This document shows, piece by piece, positions 58,191 to 64,000 of a stretch of DNA of 64,000 bases; the first letter of the stretch is position 1; the number at the start of each line of letters is the position of its first letter. The notes under the pieces were generated by a model that was not told where the DNA came from, did not search any database, and saw nothing but the letters and a program-made list of their open reading frames with translations. This DNA is from Candidatus Velthaea sp. (GTDB lineage Bacteria > Vulcanimicrobiota > Vulcanimicrobiia > Vulcanimicrobiales > Vulcanimicrobiaceae): the NCBI GenBank assembly GCA_050012475.1, contig JBEKHC010000010.1:11416-75415 (forward strand). Direction: 5' to 3'. A program made the position numbers and the translations under genes.

Positions 58191-58409
58191 CTAGCTCCGG
58201 CCCGTGCGCGAACGTTCGCCGCGCTCGAGCACTTCGGTAAGCCCCGCGTTGGCGTTCGATTCCGACTTGGAACGAAGATCGAGCTCCGCGCACAGACGCG
58301 CGGCGTTGCCGAACTTCGCCTGGCCGTCCCGCTCCGCACCTTGCGGCACCAAACCGTTTGCGTCGCGATCGTTCAAGACTTGGCTGTCGGGATTCATGTC
58401 GTCGTTCAT
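58191..58409 (-). CDS. Hypothetical protein (72 aa)
   Basis: AGGAA RBS, ATG start, co-oriented with neighbours. Confidence 0.45.
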   Translation of the reverse strand: MNDDMNPDSQVLNDRDANGLVPQGAERDGQAKFGNAARLCAELDLRSKSESNANAGLTEVLERGERSRTGRS

Positions 58410-58438
58410 CTTCTGTTCCTATGCTACTTTTTGAACTG

Positions 58439-59482
58439 CTACTTTTTGAACGCCGGGCCGACTTGATTGAGATTGAGCTTGCCCATGCGTTCAGCGATGG
58501 TCGGCACCGTCGACGCCTGGCCCAAAACGCCCTGCGCTTTACTTGGAACGGTCGATTTCACCGTCTCGAGCGTTTTGGCGGGGATGGGAGGCCGCCCGGA
58601 ATTCGTCGCGTTGCCCAACGTCGGAGTTTGCGAAGCGCCGTCAACGGTCTGGGGCGGTCTAGCGGGAATGGGCGGACGCCCGGAATTCGCTACGTTTCCG
58701 AACGTCGTAGCTTGCGGCGCACCGTGAACGGTCTCGGGCGGTTTGGCGGGGATGGTCGGCCGGCCGGAATTCGCTACGTTGCCGAACGTCGCGGTTTGCT
58801 GGACACTGGACTTTTGAACGGGATTCGGAGGCTTGACGTCACTTGTCGTTTGGAGCAACGGCTTGACGAGATTCTTCTGAATCGCGTTGGGAGGGTTGAC
58901 GTTTGAAGTCGTGGGGCCGGTCGGCGGCTTCGTGCCGTTGCCGAACGTCGCCGTTTGCGGACCCGTGGGTGCCGTCACCGGCTTGCCGACGTTGGGCAGA
59001 CGCATCCCGCCATTGGGCCCGTTCACCGCCGACTTGGGGCCGACCGGACCATTTGAAGTCCCGAACATTTTGTCGAACGCTGCGGTGCTTTCCCGAATGC
59101 CTTCATCGCGCAGCGATTCAACGACGTAGAACGAGTCGCCGTTCGCGCGGATACGCTGCTCGCCCATTTGGTCGGCGAACGCGTCGCGAACTTTTTCCAT
59201 CAACTTGCGATCGGTGGACAGTTCCAGCGCCGAGCGGAGGACCGCGTACGCATCCGCATCCGGCTGCAGTCCTTTGAAGACGGCCTGCTCTTTTTCAGCC
59301 GGGTCGGGATTGCCGACCCGCGCCGGTGAACCGACGGTGTTGCGAATCATTTGGACCATATCGGCGACTTGCACGAGCTTCTCGGGTGCAATCGGCGGTG
59401 CGTTCGGCTTCGTCTGCTCGGTCGCCGATTCGGGATATTTGCGCGAAAAGGGGGTGTTGGGGGGGTACATTGACGGCTCCAT
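58439..59482 (-). CDS. Proline-rich repeat protein, candidate T4SS substrate
   Basis: 347 aa; globular N-half followed by Pro/Thr/Gly-rich region with 28-aa repeats. Confidence 0.7.
   Translation of the reverse strand: MEPSMYPPNTPFSRKYPESATEQTKPNAPPIAPEKLVQVADMVQMIRNTVGSPARVGNPDPAEKEQAVFKGLQPDADAYAVLRSALELSTDRKLMEKVRDAFADQMGEQRIRANGDSFYVVESLRDEGIRESTAAFDKMFGTSNGPVGPKSAVNGPNGGMRLPNVGKPVTAPTGPQTATFGNGTKPPTGPTTSNVNPPNAIQKNLVKPLLQTTSDVKPPNPVQKSSVQQTATFGNVANSGRPTIPAKPPETVHGAPQATTFGNVANSGRPPIPARPPQTVDGASQTPTLGNATNSGRPPIPAKTLETVKSTVPSKAQGVLGQASTVPTIAERMGKLNLNQVGPAFKK
58549..58800. repeat. 84-bp tandem repeat x3
   Basis: CGGAATTCG recurs at 58597, 58681 and 58765; encodes Q..TFGNVANSGRP.IPA.P..TV.GA. 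Confidence 0.88.
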
Positions 59483-59613
59483 ATTGGACGGGAGTGAGTG
59501 GTGATGGTCAGTGGTTGGTGATACTTAAAGGACGGCCGAAGGCCATATCCGGCTCATGATGCAGCACGCACAAGGACGGGCATTCATCGTGAAGCGCGCT
59601 GCGCGCGATTCGA

Positions 59614-60183
59614 TCACGACGCGCAGGCTTGACCGGTGCCGACGATGAGGACGGGCTGTGCGATACCGACGATCCCGGATGCCGGCTGCGGACCGAAATA
59701 ACGCGAATCCCAACTGCGGGCAACCGGTGCGTAGAGCCACACGGTCCCGTTTGCGATCCGATAGCGGCCTGCGGGTATGCGACTCAGCGGGCGTCCGGCA
59801 CAGTCGCGCGCGAGTCGACCACTCTGTTCGAGCGCTGCGCCGTCAACGCTGACGGCACCCTCGGAGAGCTCGACTTCATCGCCGGCGATTGCCGCCACGT
59901 GCTTGAGCAGCGGTTCGACATTCCCCGGACACGGGCCGGGATCGAGGTAGTGACGCGGTGCCGCAAGAGCCAGGACATTTGCCGACGGGCAGACGACAAC
60001 AACCGTGCCGCGCGCGATCGGCCCCGCATGATAGGCAACGATCCGGTACAGGCCTTCGGGCATGCTCGCCGTTCGATTGATGCGCAACCCCGCAGTATAC
60101 GCGGCGATCAGTGTAAGATTCACGGACAGCAGGGTCACCAGCGCAATCGTCGCCGGCCGGCTCAGGCGCTTGAAGAGATTCAT
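59614..60183 (-). CDS. traF: Conjugative pilin-processing S26 peptidase TraF
   Basis: GLRIN.T.SMP.GLY, YL..G.CPG...PLLK.V.A..GD, SWDSRYFGP. Confidence 0.92.
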   Translation of the reverse strand: MNLFKRLSRPATIALVTLLSVNLTLIAAYTAGLRINRTASMPEGLYRIVAYHAGPIARGTVVVVCPSANVLALAAPRHYLDPGPCPGNVEPLLKHVAAIAGDEVELSEGAVSVDGAALEQSGRLARDCAGRPLSRIPAGRYRIANGTVWLYAPVARSWDSRYFGPQPASGIVGIAQPVLIVGTGQACAS

Positions 60184-60647
60184 GAGTCCAAGCCCGCAGC
60201 CTGAGCGACGCGCCGCGCGTATTGCGGTGCGGCAAAGAGGCTACCGCTATTGTAGGCGCTGAGAGCAAAACGCAGCGCCGCTTGACCGGCACCGAACCGG
60301 CGCGCCGCGGAGACGTACGCGCGTTCGAGGATCGATGCGCCCGCGCGCAGGTTGGTACAGGGATCGAGCACTTGCGCCGGGGTCAAGCCGAGTCCGGCGA
60401 GATTCGAGCTGTTGATTTGCGCCAGGCCCAGATCGATATTGTGACCGGCTGCCAGCAGTTTGCGCGCCGTCGCTTCCGCGTTCGGCCGATCGTCGAAGCG
60501 ATAGGACCGGTTGGCGCTATTGTCGTGGATGGTGAGCGGCCAGCCGCCGCTCTCGACACTGACGACCGCCGCCATCGTGCGCGGCGCGACGCCGGCCGCG
60601 CACGATTGAAGTGAGGTGGTGAGGGTCAGCACGGCGAGCAGCAGCAT
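60180..60647 (-). CDS. virB1: VirB1-like lytic transglycosylase
   Basis: CA..VAP.TM.AVV.VESGG.P..I, DLGL.QINS.N, DPC.NL.AG..IL, ALSAYNSG. Confidence 0.9.
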   Translation of the reverse strand: MLLLAVLTLTTSLQSCAAGVAPRTMAAVVSVESGGWPLTIHDNSANRSYRFDDRPNAEATARKLLAAGHNIDLGLAQINSSNLAGLGLTPAQVLDPCTNLRAGASILERAYVSAARRFGAGQAALRFALSAYNSGSLFAAPQYARRVAQAAGLDS

Positions 60648-60651
60648 GATG

Positions 60652-62112
60652 TTACTTTCCGTACGGGCCGGGCAGAACGAGATCGCGATCGACGACGATG
60701 TTGAAGAGGTAGCCCGGCCGAACTTCGATCGTGGGCGCCTGCTGCACACCTTGTCCCAAGGCTTGCTGCGCGGTCTGCGCAAGCTGCGTACCGACTTGAC
60801 CGGCGACTTGCGAACCGGCACTGGGAGCGGCGATGACCGCGGCTCCGCCCGTGACGGCCGTGATCGCAGTTCGCGGCTGCAGCAATGAGGCGCCGGCACC
60901 GATGATGCTGTAGACCAGCGCGTTGCGAAACAGTTTGCCGCTGTGGTCGTCGACTTTGCCGGTCAGGCCCGCGTAGCCGGCCGTATCGGCGCCCGCCATA
61001 CCGTTGATGTCGATGAAGCTGGCGTCGGGGAACAGGATGCGCTGCCACGCGACGAGCACGCGGCTCTGGCCGTTGGCGACTTGCGAGTCGTAGCGTCCGA
61101 CGATCTTCGATCCGGCGGGGATCAGCAGATAGCTGCCGGTCTTCGAGTCGTACACGTCTTTGCTGACTTGTCCGATCATCGTCCCGGGCAGGTCGGAATT
61201 GATGCCGCTGACGAGGATTGCCGGGATGATCGAGCCTGCTTGCACTTCGTAGGGCGAGATGCTGGCTTGACGCGGCGTGGTCAGGTAATCGTTCGCGGTG
61301 GTGGACTTCTGCAAACTCAAGAATTCGTTTTTGGCGCGCTGTGAGGCGGTCGTCGGATCGGTCGCGGCAGCGGCGTCGGCCGCTGCGGCGGCTGCCGGCG
61401 GGGCTCCCGCTCCGGCGGGCGGGATCGCGACGGCAACCGAAGCGCCGCGGGCGGCCCCGGCCGCGTTTGCCGCATTGCCGGCATTGGTCGAAGCGCTGAT
61501 GACGATCGACGAGTGCCGCGCGGCATCGGCGAGCTGTTCGGCTTGCTGCTGCGCTTGAAGCAGCCGTTGGGCTTTGGCCGCCGCGGCAATTTCGGCCGCC
61601 GACGGTGCTGCCGGCACGGCGAGCCGCGCGGCGCTGTCGCTCAGCGCGTGGATGTCGGGAACCTCGGCGGTGCGCTGGAGCGCCGGCTGGGTGGCCGGAT
61701 CGGGCAGAACGGGCGCCGCCGGCTGCTGTTGCTGGCGCTGCACGACGTGCTGCACTTGCGGTTTGGGCTGCGCGGGTTGAATCGGATGGAGCGGTACGCG
61801 CGGCTCGGGCGTCGAGACTGGGCGGCCCGGATCGGCACCGGGAATGTTCGCGAATGCATCCGGGTCGCTGGTGGCCAGGATTTGCGGTACGACGGTTGCC
61901 GGCGTTGCATCGGCGTGGTGGTTGCCGCTCGATGAGATGCCGTAGACGATGGCCAGGACGATTGCGCCCAGCACACCGACCGCGAGGAGACCGGCGCGGG
62001 CGCCGATCCGGGTCACGCCGACGACTTTGCCGGCGATGCCCGAGGACCCGATGGGCATCGCCACGCTGGGCGATGCCGGGGCGCTGCGCGCCCCGTCGTT
62101 GACGTTCGCCAT
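60652..62112 (-). CDS. trbI: T4SS core protein TrbI/VirB10
   Basis: SPYE..AGSIIPA.L..GINSDLPG...GQV...VYDS.TG..LLIP.GS...G.Y, G.AGL.GKVD.H, PTI.VRPG. Confidence 0.95.
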   Translation of the reverse strand: MANVNDGARSAPASPSVAMPIGSSGIAGKVVGVTRIGARAGLLAVGVLGAIVLAIVYGISSSGNHHADATPATVVPQILATSDPDAFANIPGADPGRPVSTPEPRVPLHPIQPAQPKPQVQHVVQRQQQQPAAPVLPDPATQPALQRTAEVPDIHALSDSAARLAVPAAPSAAEIAAAAKAQRLLQAQQQAEQLADAARHSSIVISASTNAGNAANAAGAARGASVAVAIPPAGAGAPPAAAAAADAAAATDPTTASQRAKNEFLSLQKSTTANDYLTTPRQASISPYEVQAGSIIPAILVSGINSDLPGTMIGQVSKDVYDSKTGSYLLIPAGSKIVGRYDSQVANGQSRVLVAWQRILFPDASFIDINGMAGADTAGYAGLTGKVDDHSGKLFRNALVYSIIGAGASLLQPRTAITAVTGGAAVIAAPSAGSQVAGQVGTQLAQTAQQALGQGVQQAPTIEVRPGYLFNIVVDRDLVLPGPYGK

Positions 62113-62113
62113 G

Positions 62114-62860
62114 TCAGACCTTCCGCCAGATGGTGGCGCGCTGAGAACCCTTGCCGCTGCCGACGACGAGCGCGATCCGGTCCGGAACGCCGTCGATGAT
62201 GTAGGTCGTCGAGTCTTTCACGCGATAATTGATGAGTTGATCGCCGTTGGGTCCGACTTCGAGCACCACCGGCATCTGCGGCAACTGCGTGTTGAACTCG
62301 AGATAGGTGTGCTTACCGTCGTTGAACGCGTGGTTGGGCAGAATCTTGTGTTCGCCCGTCGCAACGTAGCGGAAGTCGAGTTGAGCGGCCGCTGCCACCG
62401 CATCCATGGGCGTGGGCGAAGGCGACGGTGCAGGCGTCGGAAACGCTTGCGCGAGATTTTGCGGGTAGTAGAACCCGACGTGCAGCATCGGATTGTTCTT
62501 CACCGAATGCAGCGCCATGTCGTACGAACGGCGATTGGTCGTGACGATCAGGTTCGTGGTCAGGTTGACGTCGGTCGGTTTGACCAGGATGTGCGGCGTA
62601 TCGCCGGCATTGCCGCTCGTGGCCGGCGACAGGATCCAGCGGATGGAGTCGCCGACCGCGACGTTCTGAATCGTTTCGCCTGGTTCGAGCGTGATGTCGC
62701 AGACGTAGAACGGTGCGCAGTTGATGGTCGGCGGCGTCGTGTCGCCGAAGGGGAATCGCAGCACGCCGTCGGCACCCGTCACGGGATTCGCTGCAAACGC
62801 TGCAAGCGGGGCCGTGGCGATCGCGGCCGCGGCGAGGATCATCGATACAAATTTTTTCAT
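62114..62860 (-). CDS. trbG: T4SS core protein TrbG/VirB9
   Basis: Signal peptide MKKF; CAP..VCDI.LEPGE, GDS.RW, VKP......TNL.VTTNRRSY, FNDG..TY, LINYRV. Confidence 0.92.
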   Translation of the reverse strand: MKKFVSMILAAAAIATAPLAAFAANPVTGADGVLRFPFGDTTPPTINCAPFYVCDITLEPGETIQNVAVGDSIRWILSPATSGNAGDTPHILVKPTDVNLTTNLIVTTNRRSYDMALHSVKNNPMLHVGFYYPQNLAQAFPTPAPSPSPTPMDAVAAAAQLDFRYVATGEHKILPNHAFNDGKHTYLEFNTQLPQMPVVLEVGPNGDQLINYRVKDSTTYIIDGVPDRIALVVGSGKGSQRATIWRKV

Positions 62861-63009
62861 CGTACTTCTCGTGTGCGTTAAGTGATTAAAGTGAGTGACC
62901 GGGTGGCTAGGGATGCTCTGATGTCGTCCTGGCGAGGAGCATAGCGGTGAAGTTTGCCTTAGCAAATGAACCGCGCAGCGACGACGTCCAGGGCGAGATC
63001 AGAGCTTCC

Positions 63010-63705
63010 CTAGACGCGCTGCGTCCAGCTGAGTTGGGTAACGTAAATGCCCATCGGGTTGCGCAGGATCGTCGTTTCATCGGTGGGCGGGTGGAAGCCG
63101 ACGGAGAGCTGCGTCTCCCAGTGCGTCGTGACCGGATGCGAACCGTCGCGGTCGCGCTGTTCCTCGGTCCACTGCACCTGATACGTGGTGGCGCTTTGCG
63201 GGAGAACCGCATCGATCGTCACGGCGACGGTATGACTTTGACCGGTCACGAACGGCGAGTGCGCCGTGTACCAATCGTCGAGATACGGCTTGGCAGTCGT
63301 GCCGATCAGCGAATACACGCGGGTGAGCGTGGCGCGCTCGGCGACGGGATCCGAACTGACCGAGCGTGCGTCGCTGATCCAGCTCGCCAGCTGCGCGCGC
63401 ACGATCGATTGGTCGGGCGTTGCAACGCGGTCGGCGCGGCCAACCGCAACGCTGGCGCCGAGTTTGTCGACTTCGACGACGTACGGAACGAGTTTGGATT
63501 GGCCGGCCTGCCAGATCGTCCCGGCCGCGAGTATCACCGAGATGAGCAGCGAGAAAATTGCCGCCAGCCGCCAGTTCTTGGCTTGTGCGATGTAATCGCC
63601 GTAGCGTTCGTTCCATTCGCGCTTGGCGGCGACGAACGGGGACTCGACATCGGCGGTCTGCGCCGGCGTGCGTTGCCCTTTTTTGAATCGGAGTTGAGCG
63701 ATCAT
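63010..63705 (-). CDS. trbF: T4SS inner membrane protein TrbF/VirB8
   Basis: P..AA.REW.ERYG.....A..WR, TM, PYVVEVD..G, ARS.S.D, YQV.W.E, NP.GIYV...SW; GAGG RBS before ATG 63705. Confidence 0.92.
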   Translation of the reverse strand: MIAQLRFKKGQRTPAQTADVESPFVAAKREWNERYGDYIAQAKNWRLAAIFSLLISVILAAGTIWQAGQSKLVPYVVEVDKLGASVAVGRADRVATPDQSIVRAQLASWISDARSVSSDPVAERATLTRVYSLIGTTAKPYLDDWYTAHSPFVTGQSHTVAVTIDAVLPQSATTYQVQWTEEQRDRDGSHPVTTHWETQLSVGFHPPTDETTILRNPMGIYVTQLSWTQRV

Positions 63706-63871
63706 TGCGGTTTCCTCAGTCGACGTAACGGTGGTGCTGCGCGTTCGAGCGTACGTCAACGATACCGAAAGCAACGTCCGGGCAACGTCCGGTTAGCGTC
63801 GAAACCCAGTCGCTTTTCCGGTCCGCACGAGTGTGCGCGAAATCGCTCTCGCGAACCGCCGTCGGCCCAGC

Positions 63872-63914
63872 AAAAAAGCCGTGCGGCTGCAATGATCTTG
63901 CAGCCGCACGGCTT
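63872..63914 (-). terminator. Rho-independent terminator
   Basis: Perfect 17-bp inverted repeat AAGCCGTGCGGCTGCAA / TTGCAGCCGCACGGCTT with 5-nt loop, ending in a T6 tract on the minus strand. Confidence 0.85.
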
Positions 63915-63970
63915 CGTGCCGATCGTTCTTCGCACGGCAGGCGTCCTGCTGCCGCGGAGCGTGCTCGAAG

Positions 63971-64000
63971 CTACTCGGGCATCTTGAGCCCGATGGAGGC
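63971..64000 (-). CDS. Possible 3' end of an upstream gene (..ASIGLKMPE*), unidentifiable
   Basis: Ten codons ending in TAG at 63971, just before the terminator. Confidence 0.3.
   Translation of the reverse strand, partial: ASIGLKMPE

Noticed and set aside
55598..58800. 45-bp and 84-bp repeats as CRISPR arrays
   Set aside because: Contiguous in-frame coding repeats with no unique spacers; no cas genes
51293..64000. Calling the T4SS block an ICE or mobile element
   Set aside because: No integrase, relaxase, att site or tRNA is visible in this window, so it cannot be supported here

Overview
High-GC bacterial chromosomal window in four blocks. (1) 1-22.5 kb, core and catabolic genes: two aldo/keto reductases, an MmyB-type regulator, a GntR-linked catechol meta-cleavage mini-operon (XylT-like ferredoxin, catechol 2,3-dioxygenase, SDR, ring-fission hydrolase), split XdhC, a TPP enzyme, NudC, an S41 protease, gndA, a ketose 3-epimerase, ettA, a Tat/GMC oxidoreductase pair with a frameshifted RHH gene, and uvrC. 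(2) 22.6-44.0 kb, a strongly reduced flagellar-type cluster: complete type III export gate and ATPase complex, rod genes, FliF fused to a FliG-middle-like domain, shortened FliM/FlgE/FliK-like proteins and FliA. No flagellin, cap, hook junction, stator or L/P ring genes are recognisable in the window. Two ~90-aa pilin-like orphan genes sit inside the cluster. (3) 43.9-51.3 kb, a class II lanthipeptide locus (7-Cys precursor plus LanM) with a divergent BTAD-NB-ARC-TPR regulator and a decayed partial duplicate of that regulator. (4) 51.3-64 kb, the distal part of a Trb/VirB-type T4SS (trbF, trbG, trbI, virB1, traF, traG/virD4, ECF sigma) with six orphan genes between traF and traG, several of them repeat- and proline-rich, that look like secreted substrates. 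The best candidate novel systems are a flagellum-derived, probably non-motile type III secretion/pilus apparatus and a T4SS effector array. All calls come from motif recognition by eye; no database searches were run, and genes absent here may lie elsewhere in the genome.
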